The notes: generated by a model from the letters alone, not told the origin. Positions 1-10,298 are shown, counted from the first letter of the stretch. The stretch: DNA of 64,000 nucleotides from Alphaproteobacteria bacterium (GCA_965249135.1 OZ252220.1:1664001-1728000); one strand, 5' to 3'. Numbers and translations: made by a program.

Positions 1-436
1 TGACCCAGCGAACAAACTCGAGAACGGTCTGATGCCGCTGGTTGATACCCTTCGAACGGACATAGACGACGCCGGTTTTCCTATTCGAGTTTTCCTTGAT
101 GCCGATGACGCTTGAGCGTGTGGAAAGGGTGTCATTGGGAAAAACCGGGACCCCAAAACGGCAATCCGCGTAGCCGAGATTCGCAACCGCATTCAGTGAA
201 ATATCCGGAACGGTTTTTCCAAAGACGACGTGAAAGACAAGAAGGTCGTCGACCGGCGCACGCATGTAACCGACGCTGCGGGCGAACTGATCCGAAGATT
301 GAACGGCGAAACGGGAACCATAGAGTGCCATGTAAAGGGCAACGTCGCCAGAAGTGACGGTTCGCGGTGTCGAGTGAACGATCTCCTGTCCGACCTCGAA
401 ATCTTCGAAAAAATTTCCGGCATTCGTTTTCGTCAC
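1..436 (-). CDS. mch: MaoC-family mesaconyl-CoA hydratase, 5' part (runs off the window start)
   Basis: Not in the ORF track. Manual translation from GTG 436 gives MTKTNAGNFFEDFEVGQEIVHSTPRT...FHVVFGKTVPDISLNAVANLGY...IKENSNRKTGVVYVRS...FVRWV, which matches the Mch N-terminus. The GTGA overlaps the stop of the upstream gene. Confidence 0.88.
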   Translation of the reverse strand, partial: MTKTNAGNFFEDFEVGQEIVHSTPRTVTSGDVALYMALYGSRFAVQSSDQFARSVGYMRAPVDDLLVFHVVFGKTVPDISLNAVANLGYADCRFGVPVFPNDTLSTRSSVIGIKENSNRKTGVVYVRSKGINQRHQTVLEFVRWV

Positions 437-1320
437 GCTACCGCTTCCTTTTCCATCTCGGCTATGGCTTGCGACATCTGAACGATACGCTCTGCGTTCA
501 AGACGTGCAGATTTTCGATCAGTTTTCCATCGACGACGACGACCCCTTTTCCTTCCGCCGCGGCCGCCTTGTGGGCGTCGATGACCTTATGGGAGAAGGC
601 AATTTCGTCTTTTGAAGGCGCAAAAATCGCGTTCGCCGGCCCGATCTGTTTGGGATGGATGAGCGTCTTGCCATCGAAACCAAGCTCGGCGCCTTGGCGG
701 CAGGCATCGGCGAAGCCTTCCTCGTCGCCGAGATCGAGGGTGACGCCATCGACGATGGCAAGGTCAAACGCGCGGGCGGCGAGCAGGCAAAGACCAAGGC
801 TCGTCAACATCGGAAGCCGTATCGGTGTGTGGGTCGCCTGCAGGTCCTTCGTCAGATCGGACGTGCCCATCACGAAGCCGCCGAGTCTTGCGCTTGCCTT
901 TGCGATCGCTTCGGCATGGAGGATACCGGCCGGGGTTTCCATCATGCACCAGATGGAAAGGGTTTCCGGTGCGCCGTTTGTCTTGAGCACGGCTTCCGCT
1001 TGCCTCACCTGTTCGGCGCTGCCGATCTTCGGCAGCAACACGGCATCTGCCCCGCTGGTTGCGGCGGCGACCAGGTCTTCCGCGCCCCACGGCGTATCGG
1101 CACCATTCACCCGCAGCAGGATTTCGCGCTTCCCATAGCCGCCGGCCTCGAGCGCGTCCGTCACCATCTTGCGCGCCGCTTCCTTCGCATCCGGTGCTAC
1201 GGCGTCCTCGAGGTCGAGGATCAGGCCATCGGCGGGAAGGCTTCGCGCCTTTTCAAGGGCGCGCGCATTCGAACCCGGCATATAAAGGACGCTGCGGCGG
1301 GGACGGACGGTTTTCGGCAT
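433..1320 (-). CDS. CitE/HpcH-family CoA ester lyase, most like (3S)-malyl-CoA thioesterase Mcl2
   Basis: Motifs RSVLYMPGS, LDLEDAVA, MMET, GFDGKTLIHP, VDGKLIENLH; coupled to mch. Confidence 0.85.
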   Translation of the reverse strand: MPKTVRPRRSVLYMPGSNARALEKARSLPADGLILDLEDAVAPDAKEAARKMVTDALEAGGYGKREILLRVNGADTPWGAEDLVAAATSGADAVLLPKIGSAEQVRQAEAVLKTNGAPETLSIWCMMETPAGILHAEAIAKASARLGGFVMGTSDLTKDLQATHTPIRLPMLTSLGLCLLAARAFDLAIVDGVTLDLGDEEGFADACRQGAELGFDGKTLIHPKQIGPANAIFAPSKDEIAFSHKVIDAHKAAAAEGKGVVVVDGKLIENLHVLNAERIVQMSQAIAEMEKEAVA

Positions 1321-1384
1321 TTTTAGACCTCCCTGAAGGCCTCAAGACGGCTCGAGACTATCGAAAAGCTTTAAGTCCCGGCAA

Positions 1385-1408
1385 CCCTGCCTGAGACTTC
1401 AGGCGGGG
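1385..1408 (-). terminator. Hairpin just downstream of asd, possible terminator
   Basis: CCCTGCCTGA-GACT-TCAGGCGGGG inverted repeat; U-tail is weak. Confidence 0.45.
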
Positions 1409-1411
1409 CGT

Positions 1412-2428
1412 TCAACCAATATAGTCGGAAACGAGGGTTTCGGCGATCTGTACCGCATTCAAGGCGGCACCCTTGCGCAAGTTGTCGGCGACGATCCAGA
1501 GATTAAGGCCATGGGGCCGGGTCGGATCGGCCCGTACGCGGGAGACGAAGACCTTGTCCTCACCAGCGCATTCCTGCGGGGTCACGTAGCCTTCCTCCGT
1601 CCGGTAGTCGATGACGGAGACGCTGGGGAAGGCCTTCAAGGCTTTCCGCGCCGCGTCCACCGAGATCGGGTTTTCAAACTCGACGTTCACGGCTTCGGCG
1701 TGACCAATGAAGACCGGCACCCGCACGCAGGTGGCCGTCACCTGGATGTCGGGGCCCAGAATCTTCTGGGTTTCGACGGCCATCTTCCATTCTTCCTTCG
1801 TCGAACCGTCGTCGAGGAAGGCATCGATCTGCGGGATCACGTTGAAGGCGATCTGCTTGGGGAACGCTTCCTTTTTGACCGGGTCGTTGACGTAGATCGC
1901 ACGCGTTTGATTGAAGAGTTCATCCATCGCTTCGCGGCCTGCACCGGAGACGGACTGATAGGTTGCGACCACGACACGGCGGATGCGCGCCAGATCGTGA
2001 AGAGGCTTCAGCGCGAGCACCATTTGAATCGTCGAACAGTTCGGATTGGCGATGATCTTGCGTGCCTGGTAGCCGGCAATCGCGTGGCCGTTCACCTCCG
2101 GCACGACGAGAGGGACGTCCGGTTCCATCCGGAAGTGCGAGGTGTTGTCGATGACGATCGCGCCTGCGTTGGCTGCCCGTGGTGCGTGCCGGGCCGAGAC
2201 CTTCGCGCCGGGCGAGAAAAGCGCGATGTCGATACCGGCGAAATCGAACTTGTCGAGGGCCTCGACGTTCAATTGCTTCTCCTCGCCAAAGGAAACCGTC
2301 CGCCCTTCGGAGGCGCCGGAGGCAAGTGCGATCACCTCGTCGGCGGGGAAGGCCCGCTCGGCAAGGATCTGCAATATTTCATGGCCGACGGCACCGGTCG
2401 CGCCGGCGACGGCAATTCGATATCCCAT
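1412..2428 (-). CDS. asd: Aspartate-semialdehyde dehydrogenase
   Basis: GATGAVG, IDNTSHFRM, IIANPNCSTIQM, CVRVPV..GH, DNLRKGAALNAVQIAE; start set at MGYRIAV. Confidence 0.97.
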   Translation of the reverse strand: MGYRIAVAGATGAVGHEILQILAERAFPADEVIALASGASEGRTVSFGEEKQLNVEALDKFDFAGIDIALFSPGAKVSARHAPRAANAGAIVIDNTSHFRMEPDVPLVVPEVNGHAIAGYQARKIIANPNCSTIQMVLALKPLHDLARIRRVVVATYQSVSGAGREAMDELFNQTRAIYVNDPVKKEAFPKQIAFNVIPQIDAFLDDGSTKEEWKMAVETQKILGPDIQVTATCVRVPVFIGHAEAVNVEFENPISVDAARKALKAFPSVSVIDYRTEEGYVTPQECAGEDKVFVSRVRADPTRPHGLNLWIVADNLRKGAALNAVQIAETLVSDYIG

Positions 2429-2461
2429 CGTTCTTAAAGTCCGTGCCAAAGGGTGGCAGAG

Positions 2462-2495
2462 AGGAGGCCTAGATACGCGCTTGGCCTCCTTTTTT
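2462..2495. terminator. Hairpin between leuB and asd
   Basis: AGGAGGCC...GGCCTCCT followed by a T run on the + strand. Confidence 0.5.
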
Positions 2496-2505
2496 CAAGC
2501 TCGCT

Positions 2506-3618
2506 TCACCCTTTGGGCTTGTCGAGCTCGCGAAGCAGGGCCTCGCCCATCACCGAGGTTGAGACCTTTGCTTTTCCCGGCTCCATGATGTCGGCCGTAC
2601 GAAGCCCGCCATCGAGGACGCGGCGAACCGCCTCTTCAATGGCACCCGCTTCCTCTTTTCGATCGAAGGAGTAGCGAAGCAGCATCGCGAAACTCAAGAT
2701 CGTCGCGAGTGGGTTCGCGATGTCCTGGCCGGCGATGTCCGGCGCACTTCCGTGCACGGGCTCGTAAAGGGCCGGGCACCTGCCTGCTTCATCCGAAGCG
2801 CCGAGGGAGGCGGAAGGCAACATGCCGAGCGATCCGGTCAGCATCGCCGCTTCGTCCGACAGCATGTCGCCGAAGAGGTTGTCCGTCACGATGACGTCGA
2901 ACTGTTTCGGCTGCCGCACGAGCTGCATGGCGCAATTGTCCGCGTACATATGCGCAAGCTCCACGTCCGCATATTCCGCCTTATGGAGCTTCGTGACTTC
3001 TTCCCGCCACAAAAGCCCGCTTTCCATGACGTTGCTCTTTTCGACGGAGCAGACGCGCCTGTCGCGCTTCTTCGCAAGCTCGAAGGCGACACGCGCCACC
3101 CGGTGGATCTCTTCCGTCGTGTAGACCTGGGTGTTCACGCCTCGACGCGCGCCACCGCCGATTTCTTCGATCCCCCTCGGTTCGCCGAAATAGATGCCAC
3201 CGGTAAGCTCGCGCACGATCAGAATGTCGAGCCCCTCGACGAATTCGCGCTTGAGCGAAGAGGCATTGGCCAAGGCGTCGAAGATGATCGCCGGCCTGAG
3301 ATTGGCGAAGAGCCCCATCTCCTTTCGAATGCGAAGCAGGCCGCGTTCCGGTTTCTTATCGAAAGGAAGCCCATCCCATTCAGGCCCGCCGACGGCGCCC
3401 AGCAGGACGGCGTCCGCCGCCATCGCCGCCGCCATCGTTTCGTCCGAAAGAGGGGTTCCGTGTTCGTCATAGGCGGCGCCACCGATGAGGCCTTCCTCGA
3501 TGGCGAACGTGATATTGCGGCGCGTATCCAGCCAGTGAAGCAGGTGACGGACCTCGGTCATCACCTCCGGACCGATGCCGTCGCCTGGCAATAGAAGGAT
3601 CTTTCCGATGGTAGCTAT
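2506..3618 (-). CDS. leuB: 3-isopropylmalate dehydrogenase (apparent ATA start at 3618; first near-canonical start is TTG 3591)
   Basis: [41 protein letters not shown]. Confidence 0.96.
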   Translation of the reverse strand: MATIGKILLLPGDGIGPEVMTEVRHLLHWLDTRRNITFAIEEGLIGGAAYDEHGTPLSDETMAAAMAADAVLLGAVGGPEWDGLPFDKKPERGLLRIRKEMGLFANLRPAIIFDALANASSLKREFVEGLDILIVRELTGGIYFGEPRGIEEIGGGARRGVNTQVYTTEEIHRVARVAFELAKKRDRRVCSVEKSNVMESGLLWREEVTKLHKAEYADVELAHMYADNCAMQLVRQPKQFDVIVTDNLFGDMLSDEAAMLTGSLGMLPSASLGASDEAGRCPALYEPVHGSAPDIAGQDIANPLATILSFAMLLRYSFDRKEEAGAIEEAVRRVLDGGLRTADIMEPGKAKVSTSVMGEALLRELDKPKG

Positions 3619-3648
3619 GGCCTTAAGCTTTCGATTACGAAGAAGGGC

Positions 3649-4260
3649 TCAGCGATAGAGCCAGGGTTGCGTTTCGCGTTGTTTCGCCTCGAAGGCGGCG
3701 ATTTTTTCTTCCTTCTTGAGGGTAAGCGCGATGTCGTCGAGCCCTTCCAGCAGGCAGTGCTTGAGATAAGGATCGATGTCGAAGGAGAGCGTCGTACCAT
3801 CGGCGCGGGTGAGGATTTGCGATTCGAGGTCGATCTTGAGTGCTCCGTCCTCCCCCTTTTCTGTGGCCTTCATCAGGGCTTCCACCGTCTCTTCGGCCAG
3901 CCGAACCGCCAGGATGCCGTTCTTGAAGCAGTTGCCGTAGAAGATGTCGGCGAAGGAAGGCGCAATCACGCAACGGATTCCGAAATCGCAGATCGCCCAG
4001 ACGGCGTGCTCGCGGCTGGAGCCGCAGCCGAAATTCGCGCCCGTCACCAAAACCTTCGCGGATTTCCAGGGGGCCTGGTTCAGCACGAAGTCCGCCTTCA
4101 CCGTCCCATCCGGCGCGTAGCGCATGTCGTAGAAAAGATTCTCACCAAGTCCCGTCCGCTTGATCGTCTTCAGGAATTGTTTCGGGATGATCATGTCCGT
4201 ATCGACATTGATCATCGGAAGGGGGGCGGCGATGCCTTCAAAGTTTTGGAATTTTTCCAT
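3649..4260 (-). CDS. leuD: 3-isopropylmalate dehydratase small subunit
   Basis: [33 protein letters not shown]. Confidence 0.98.
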   Translation of the reverse strand: MEKFQNFEGIAAPLPMINVDTDMIIPKQFLKTIKRTGLGENLFYDMRYAPDGTVKADFVLNQAPWKSAKVLVTGANFGCGSSREHAVWAICDFGIRCVIAPSFADIFYGNCFKNGILAVRLAEETVEALMKATEKGEDGALKIDLESQILTRADGTTLSFDIDPYLKHCLLEGLDDIALTLKKEEKIAAFEAKQRETQPWLYR

Positions 4261-4272
4261 TTTCCAGCTGCC

Positions 4273-5679
4273 TCAATTGAATTCGCGAATGTCGGCAAGG
4301 TGGCCGGTGATCGCGGCTGCGGCCGCCATCACCGGGCTCATCAGATGGGTGCGCCCGCCCCGGCCCTGACGGCCTTCGAAATTGCGGTTCGAGGTCGAGG
4401 CGCAACGCTCGCCGGATTTCAGTTTGTCCGCGTTCATCGCCAGGCACATGGAACAGCCCGGCTCGCGCCATTCGAAGCCTGCCTCGATGAAGATCCGATC
4501 GAGCCCTTCGCTTTCCGCCTCTTCCTTCACCAACCCGGATCCCGGTACGACCATCGCATCGACGTTGGGGGAGACCTTCTTGCCTTTCACGATGGCGGCG
4601 GCGGCGCGCAGATCCTCGATCCGTGCGTTCGTGCAGGAACCGATGAAGACACGGTCGACCTTGACGTCGAGGAGCCGTGTGCCTGGCTTCAATCCCATGT
4701 AGTCGAGCGCGCGTTCCATCGCGCGCCGGCGGTTCGGATCCGTCTCGTCCGCCGGATCCGGCACGGAGCCTGTGATGGGCAGCACGTCCTGGGGGCTGGT
4801 TCCCCAAGTGACTTGGGGGGCGATGGCATTCGCGGCAAGGACGACTTCGCGATCGTAAAGGGCTCCGTCGTCAGACGGCAGCGCTCGCCACGCCTCGACC
4901 GCCTGCTCCCAGGCACCGCCCTTCGGCACGAAGGTGCGGCCCTTCAGATATTCGAAGGTCGTATCGTCGGGTGCTATGAGGCCGGCCCGGGCACCCGCTT
5001 CGATCGTCATGTTGCAAAGGGTCATCCGCCCTTCCATCGTAAGCTCGCGGATGGTGGAACCCGCATATTCGATGATATGCCCGGTGCCGCCGGCCGTGCC
5101 GATGGTGCCAATGATCGCAAGGGCGATGTCCTTGGCCGTGATGCTGGAGGCAAGCTCGCCTTCCACCGTGATCCGCATGTTTTCGGCGGGCTTTTGAATC
5201 AGCGTCTGGGTGGCCAGCACGTGCTCTACCTCCGACGTGCCAATGCCAAAGGCGAGCGCTCCGAAGGCGCCGTGGGTCGCGGTATGGCTGTCGCCGCAGA
5301 CGATCGTCATCCCGGGTTGGGTAAAGCCCTGCTCCGGTCCGATGACGTGAACGATCCCCTGACGGATGTCCGTCATCGACAGGTAGGGGATTTTGCATTC
5401 CTCGCAGTTCTTCTCGAGGGTTTCGATCTGCAGGCGGGATTCTGGATCCGCGATTCCATGGGAGCGGTCCGTCGTCGGCACATTGTGATCACAAACGGCA
5501 AGCGTCGCTTGCGGATAACGAACCTTGCGACCGTTTGCACGGAGTCCTTCGAAGGCCTGTGGGCTTGTTACTTCGTGAACGAGGTGCCGGTCGATGTAGA
5601 GCAGGCACGTGCCATCCTCGGCAACGTCCACCAAATGAGATTGCCAGATTTTATCGAACAGTGTCCTTGACCGTACCAT
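4273..5679 (-). CDS. leuC: 3-isopropylmalate dehydratase large subunit
   Basis: [42 protein letters not shown]; start at [12 protein letters not shown]. Confidence 0.98.
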   Translation of the reverse strand: MVRSRTLFDKIWQSHLVDVAEDGTCLLYIDRHLVHEVTSPQAFEGLRANGRKVRYPQATLAVCDHNVPTTDRSHGIADPESRLQIETLEKNCEECKIPYLSMTDIRQGIVHVIGPEQGFTQPGMTIVCGDSHTATHGAFGALAFGIGTSEVEHVLATQTLIQKPAENMRITVEGELASSITAKDIALAIIGTIGTAGGTGHIIEYAGSTIRELTMEGRMTLCNMTIEAGARAGLIAPDDTTFEYLKGRTFVPKGGAWEQAVEAWRALPSDDGALYDREVVLAANAIAPQVTWGTSPQDVLPITGSVPDPADETDPNRRRAMERALDYMGLKPGTRLLDVKVDRVFIGSCTNARIEDLRAAAAIVKGKKVSPNVDAMVVPGSGLVKEEAESEGLDRIFIEAGFEWREPGCSMCLAMNADKLKSGERCASTSNRNFEGRQGRGGRTHLMSPVMAAAAAITGHLADIREFN

Positions 5680-5683
5680 CGTC

Positions 5684-6160
5684 CTATTCGGTTTCCTCGG
5701 CAGGCGCTTCCGCCTTCGCCGCTTTCTTTTTCTTCGCCCTCTTTTTGGCAGGCTTGGTTTCGGGTGTGGCTTCGGCTTCGGCCTTGCGTGCCGACATGCG
5801 GCGCGACGTGTCTTCGGCGATACGCGCACTTCGTCCGGAACGTTCCCGCAGGTAGTAAAGCTTCGCCTGGCGGACGGAGCCGTAACGCACGACCTCGATA
5901 CCGGCAATGCGCGGCGAGTAGGTAGGAAAGACGCGCTCGACGCCTTCCCCATAGGAAATCTTGCGCACCGTGAACGAGGAATTGATTCCCCGGTTCGCCC
6001 GGGCGATACAAACACCCTCGAAGGCCTGAATTCGCTCACGCGATCCTTCGACGACTTTGACGTCTACCCGCACCGTGTCTCCGGGTCCGAAATCCGGAAT
6101 GGGCCGCTCGGCGCTTATTTTCTCGATCGCTTCTTTTTCGAGTTCTTCGATGGTGTTCAT
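5684..6160 (-). CDS. rplS: 50S ribosomal protein L19 with a Lys/Glu/Ala-rich C-terminal tail
   Basis: [44 protein letters not shown]; SD AAGGGG upstream. Confidence 0.97.
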   Translation of the reverse strand: MNTIEELEKEAIEKISAERPIPDFGPGDTVRVDVKVVEGSRERIQAFEGVCIARANRGINSSFTVRKISYGEGVERVFPTYSPRIAGIEVVRYGSVRQAKLYYLRERSGRSARIAEDTSRRMSARKAEAEATPETKPAKKRAKKKKAAKAEAPAEETE

Positions 6161-6177
6161 GGCCATTCCCCTTGCGG

Positions 6178-6885
6178 TCATTTTTCCCGGACGTAACGGG
6201 CCCATAGGTCCGGACGTCGCTTCCGTGTGATTTCTTCCGCCTTGGCAAGCCGCCAGTCGCGGATTTTCTTGTGGTGACCGGACAACAGCACTTCCGGTAC
6301 CTCCCGGTCTTGCCAGCTTTGCGGCCGGGTGTAGTGCGGGTATTCCAAAAGTCCGCGCTCGAAACTTTCCTCGACGAGTGCGTCCTTGCACCCGACCACG
6401 CCTGGCAGCAGCCGCACGCAGGCATCGATGAGCGCGATCGCGGCGGGCTCCCCACCGGAGAGGATGAAATCGCCGAGGCTGATTTCCTCCATCTTCCAGG
6501 CCTCCAGCACGCGCTCGTCGACGCCTTCGAAGCGCCCGCAGAGAAGGGTCACTTCCTTCTCACCTGCCAGGCGGCGGATGGAAGGCTGATCCAGCGGCCG
6601 ACCTCGCGGGGAGAGGTAAAGATTAGGGCCTTGCGGGGTCGTGTTCGCCTGAAGGGCCGCGTCGATGACGTCCGGCCTTAAGACCATGCCCGCCCCGCCG
6701 CCGAAGGGTGTGTCGTCGACAGAGCGGTGTTTATCGCTCGCAAAATGGCGAATGTCTACCGTTTCTAAGGTCCAGATCCCCTCCTTCAGCGCCTTGCCGG
6801 GAAGCGAGGCACCAAGCGGGCCCGGAAACATTTCCGGGTAAAGGGTAAGGACGCGTGCCCGCCATGGGGATGCCGACTTAGCCAT
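6178..6885 (-). CDS. trmD: tRNA (guanine37-N1)-methyltransferase
   Basis: [41 protein letters not shown]. Confidence 0.98.
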   Translation of the reverse strand: MAKSASPWRARVLTLYPEMFPGPLGASLPGKALKEGIWTLETVDIRHFASDKHRSVDDTPFGGGAGMVLRPDVIDAALQANTTPQGPNLYLSPRGRPLDQPSIRRLAGEKEVTLLCGRFEGVDERVLEAWKMEEISLGDFILSGGEPAAIALIDACVRLLPGVVGCKDALVEESFERGLLEYPHYTRPQSWQDREVPEVLLSGHHKKIRDWRLAKAEEITRKRRPDLWARYVREK

Positions 6886-7462
6886 CGTCCCCGTTCCCTT
6901 CCTCTAGGGCGGCCTTTTCTTCCGAAAGGATGCCGGCCGCAAGGTCGACGATCACGCGGCCGCCTTCCAGATCCACCTCGGGCACCGCTTCCCGCGTAAA
7001 GGGGACCATGGCGGTGGCTCCGCTTTCGGCTCCGATTTCCAGGATGTCGCCGGCCCCGAAATTATGCACGCCACGCACGCTGCCCAGGCAATGGCCGTCC
7101 AATGCTTCGACCCGAAGCCCGATGAGATCGCCATGGTAGTACTCGTCCTCCGCCGGCTCCGGCAGGGCGGTTCTCGGCACGTAAAGCAGCATGCCTTTGA
7201 GGGCAAGAGCGGCGTCGCGGTTCTGGATGCCGGACGTGCGGATAAGCAGGACGTCTTTCGCACTTCCCTCGACGGTAAGGTCGAAGATGCGCGCACCCCC
7301 TTCGTCCGAAACGGGTCCATAGGCCGCCACGTCCATCGGGTTCTCCGTGAAGCTGCGTACGCGGAGCATCCCCTTCACGCCATGGGCGCCGGTGACGACG
7401 CCGATGCAGACGCGATCCGTATGTGCTTCGTTCCGATGAATTTTCTGAGCAACCATTCGCAT
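6878..7462 (-). CDS. rimM: Ribosome maturation factor RimM
   Basis: [28 protein letters not shown]; lies between rpsP and trmD. Confidence 0.95.
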   Translation of the reverse strand: MRMVAQKIHRNEAHTDRVCIGVVTGAHGVKGMLRVRSFTENPMDVAAYGPVSDEGGARIFDLTVEGSAKDVLLIRTSGIQNRDAALALKGMLLYVPRTALPEPAEDEYYHGDLIGLRVEALDGHCLGSVRGVHNFGAGDILEIGAESGATAMVPFTREAVPEVDLEGGRVIVDLAAGILSEEKAALEEGNGDDG

Positions 7463-7483
7463 GTTCCTCTGAAGGCGGAGCCG

Positions 7484-7966
7484 TCAGGATTTTTCCTCTT
7501 CGGCCGGCGCTTCTTCTTTCGCTTCCTCGGCCGGGGCTTCTTCCGCTTTCACTTCTTCCGCTTTCACTTCTTCCGCTTTCACTTCTTCCGCCGGCGCTTC
7601 CTCGGCGGGGGCTTCTTTCGCTTCCGGCTTCGTTTCGCCCTTTGCTGCTTCCTCCGCCTTCTTGCGCTCCTTCTTGGGGATCGCCTTCTCGGGGTTGTTG
7701 CGCTTCGGCGGCATCGGTGCGATGCTCGCCTCTCCGAGGAAACGCGCCACCCGATCGCTGGGCCGCGCACCGACGGAAAGCCAGTGCTTGATTCGTTCCG
7801 GATCCAGCTTCACGCGATCCGGATGGTCCTTTGCCACCATCGGATTGTAGGTGCCGACTCGTTCGATGAAACGACCATCGCGCGGGTTTCGCGTATCCGT
7901 TACGACGATACGGTAGAAAGGGCGCTTCTTTGCACCGGTACGGGACATTCGAATTTTGACACTCAT
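7484..7966 (-). CDS. rpsP: 30S ribosomal protein S16 with a long acidic repetitive tail
   Basis: [47 protein letters not shown]. Confidence 0.97.
   Translation of the reverse strand: MSVKIRMSRTGAKKRPFYRIVVTDTRNPRDGRFIERVGTYNPMVAKDHPDRVKLDPERIKHWLSVGARPSDRVARFLGEASIAPMPPKRNNPEKAIPKKERKKAEEAAKGETKPEAKEAPAEEAPAEEVKAEEVKAEEVKAEEAPAEEAKEEAPAEEEKS
7538..7590. repeat. 15-bp tandem repeat, 3.5 copies, inside rpsP (encodes EEVKA units)
   Basis: TTCTTCCGCTTTCAC at 7538, 7553 and 7568, plus a partial copy at 7583. Confidence 0.9.
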
Positions 7967-7982
7967 GAGCCTTCGTCTTTCC

Positions 7983-9353
7983 TTATGAGTTGCGGGGATG
8001 CATCGGATCAAAGGGAAGCGAGCCAAGGCCGAGGTTGCCCTGTCCCATCTTTTCCAGTTTCTTCATCTTCTTCATCATCGTTTGCATGTCGCGGAACTGT
8101 TTGAGCAGACGGTTGACGTCACGCACGGCCGTGCCTGACCCTGTCGCGATGCGCTGCTTGCGCGAAGCATGCAAAATTTTTGGGTTTCGCCTTTCGGCAG
8201 GCGTCATCGAACGGATGATGGCTTCCTGCTTCAGGATGAGCCGTTCGTCGATCTTCGAGGCCGCCACCTGTTTTTGCATCTTGTCGAGACCTGGCAGAAG
8301 CGAAACGAGCTCGCCGATGCCGCCCATCTTTCGGAGCTGACGAAACTGTTGTGCCATATCCTCGAGGTCGAACCGGCCCTTCTCGAGTTTCTTCGTCAGG
8401 CGTTCGATGTCCTGCTGATCGACGGTGGCTTGCGCCTTCTCGACGAGACTCACGACATCGCCCATGCCGAGGATGCGGCCGGCGATCCGTTCCGGGTGAA
8501 AGGCGTCCAGGGCGTCGAGTTTTTCGCCGACGCCGACGAACTTGATCGGACAACCGGTTGCCGCCCGCATGGAAAGTGCGGCGCCGCCACGTGCGTCGCC
8601 GTCGAGGCGGGTGAGCACGATGCCGGTAAGGCCGATGCGTTCCTGAAAGGCTTCAGCCACGGTAAGCGCGTCCTGACCCATCATGGCGTCGGCCACCAGC
8701 AAGGTTTCGACCGGCTTTGCCGCATCGTGCACGGCTTTTGCCTCCGCCATCATTTCCTCGTCGACATGCAAGCGTCCGGCGGTATCCAGAAGGACGACGT
8801 CGAAGCCTTGGCTCCCGGCCTCAGCGATGGCGCGCCTTGCAATCTTGACCGGCGTTTCGCCCGGAACCGTTGGAAGGACGGCAAGCTTTGCCTGGCTGCC
8901 GAGGGTTGCGAGTTGTTCCTGGGCGGCCGGCCGGACGACATCGAGGGAGGCCATCAAGACCTTCTTGTTTTCCTTTTCGGTCAACCGATGCGCGATCTTC
9001 GCCACCGTCGTCGTCTTGCCGGAACCTTGCAGGCCGACGAAGAGGATCGAGACGGGCGGCTTGCCATCGAGCGTAATGGTGGCAGCTTCTTTGCCGAGCA
9101 TGTCGACAAGCGCGTCGTGGACGATTTTCACGACCATCTGTCCAGGGGCGACGGCGCGGGTGATGGCCTCGCCGGCCGCCTCGACCTCGACCTTCGCGAT
9201 GAAGTCCTTGACGACCGAAAGGGCGACGTCCGCCTCCAGCAACGCGATCCGGATTTCCCGAAGCGCCGCCTTCACGTCGTCGGCCGAAAGCGCGCCTCGT
9301 TTCTTCAACTTTCCGAAGACGTCGCCAAGCCGCGTCGACAGGCTTTCGAACAT
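7983..9353 (-). CDS. ffh: Signal recognition particle protein
   Basis: [38 protein letters not shown], Met-rich M domain. Confidence 0.98.
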   Translation of the reverse strand: MFESLSTRLGDVFGKLKKRGALSADDVKAALREIRIALLEADVALSVVKDFIAKVEVEAAGEAITRAVAPGQMVVKIVHDALVDMLGKEAATITLDGKPPVSILFVGLQGSGKTTTVAKIAHRLTEKENKKVLMASLDVVRPAAQEQLATLGSQAKLAVLPTVPGETPVKIARRAIAEAGSQGFDVVLLDTAGRLHVDEEMMAEAKAVHDAAKPVETLLVADAMMGQDALTVAEAFQERIGLTGIVLTRLDGDARGGAALSMRAATGCPIKFVGVGEKLDALDAFHPERIAGRILGMGDVVSLVEKAQATVDQQDIERLTKKLEKGRFDLEDMAQQFRQLRKMGGIGELVSLLPGLDKMQKQVAASKIDERLILKQEAIIRSMTPAERRNPKILHASRKQRIATGSGTAVRDVNRLLKQFRDMQTMMKKMKKLEKMGQGNLGLGSLPFDPMHPRNS

Positions 9354-9377
9354 GCCTTTCCTTGCCTCCTTCGAACG

Positions 9378-9445
9378 TAAAACGCGCCAGCGCGCGAAAC
9401 TCGCGGGCTGGCGGACCCCTTTAAAGAGCAAACGGTCTCTTCTTT
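9378..9445 (-). ncRNA. Structured ffh 5' leader, resembling the alphaproteobacterial ffh RNA motif
   Basis: Minus strand GGGGTC-CGCCAGC-C-CGCG-AGTTT-CGCG-C-GCTGGCG-CGTTTT hairpin between the promoter and the ffh SD. Family match is recalled, not searched. Confidence 0.6.
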
Positions 9446-9458
9446 GAAAAGGTGGCGC

Positions 9459-9488
9459 ATGCTAGGGGGGAGGGCGGCAAAAAGTCAA
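9459..9488 (-). promoter_or_regulatory. Sigma70-like promoter of the ffh-rpsP-rimM-trmD-rplS-leu run
   Basis: Minus strand TTGACT-N18-TAGCAT. Confidence 0.55.
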
Positions 9489-9539
9489 GACTTTCAAGGG
9501 ATTCGTAAACGTCCTCGGGGCCTGGGCTAGGATGGGGAA

Positions 9540-10235
9540 ATGGCGATCTATGGGGAAATCGGTGAAGCGCTTCGGCCCTTTGGTCTTATTCTTCGGGGCG
9601 GTTTCCACCCGGAGGCTGCGGACGACGTGCCGCCGCTTAGCTCAGGGGGGCCTTCCAAGACCCTGGTGCTGGCCGGTAATGCCGGGCCCGCCATGTGGGA
9701 GGCCTTCGCGGCCTCGGGCGAGGCCAAAGACGAAGCGCCCGATCCACTCGATCGCTGGTCCATGCGAATCCTCTCGGCCGTGGCGGAAGGATGTGGGGCC
9801 GAACCCCTCTTTCCCTTCGGCGCGCCGGCTCGTCCTTTCTTGAGTTGGGCGGCCCGCGCGGAGCCGGTGGCCCCCTCTCCGATCGGGCCGCTGATTCACC
9901 CGGAATACGGCCTCTGGCACGCCTATCGCGGCGCGTTTTCGTTTCCCGAACGCCTCAAATTACCGGCCCGCGTCGAGCGACCACGGCCGTGCGAGACTTG
10001 CGAGACGAAACCCTGCTTGGGTGCCTGCCCGGTCGATGCCTTCGCGACCGGGGCTTACGACGTGCCGCGCTGCATGGACCATCTGGAGCAGCCGGCCGGC
10101 AAGGACTGCGTCGAGGGAGGCTGCCTCGCGCGCCGGGCCTGCCCGGTAGGCCTCGCCTATGCGCCACCCCAGGCGGCGTTCCACACGGCCGCCTTCATGG
10201 GAGCCATGCGCAAACACGGCCTCGGCAAAGTCTAA
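9540..10235 (+). CDS. 4Fe-4S dicluster protein with a QueG/CblC-like N-terminal region
   Basis: LIHPEYGLWHAYRG, CETCETKPCLGACP, C..GGCLARRACP. Confidence 0.8.
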   Translation: MAIYGEIGEALRPFGLILRGGFHPEAADDVPPLSSGGPSKTLVLAGNAGPAMWEAFAASGEAKDEAPDPLDRWSMRILSAVAEGCGAEPLFPFGAPARPFLSWAARAEPVAPSPIGPLIHPEYGLWHAYRGAFSFPERLKLPARVERPRPCETCETKPCLGACPVDAFATGAYDVPRCMDHLEQPAGKDCVEGGCLARRACPVGLAYAPPQAAFHTAAFMGAMRKHGLGKV

Positions 10236-10298
10236 CTAGGGCCGGATAAGGGCCCGAAACCAATGGACTTTCTTAGCTTTTCGGCCATATAAGCGGGC

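Noticed and set aside
3667-5670. 667-aa plus-strand ORF, and similar long antisense ORFs (e.g. 8169-9380, 59525-60757, 61108-62292)
   Set aside because: Antisense shadows of well-supported genes, caused by high-GC codon bias; no recognisable motifs.
7538-7590. CRISPR-like repeat
   Set aside because: Contiguous in-frame coding repeat with no spacers; no cas genes in the window.
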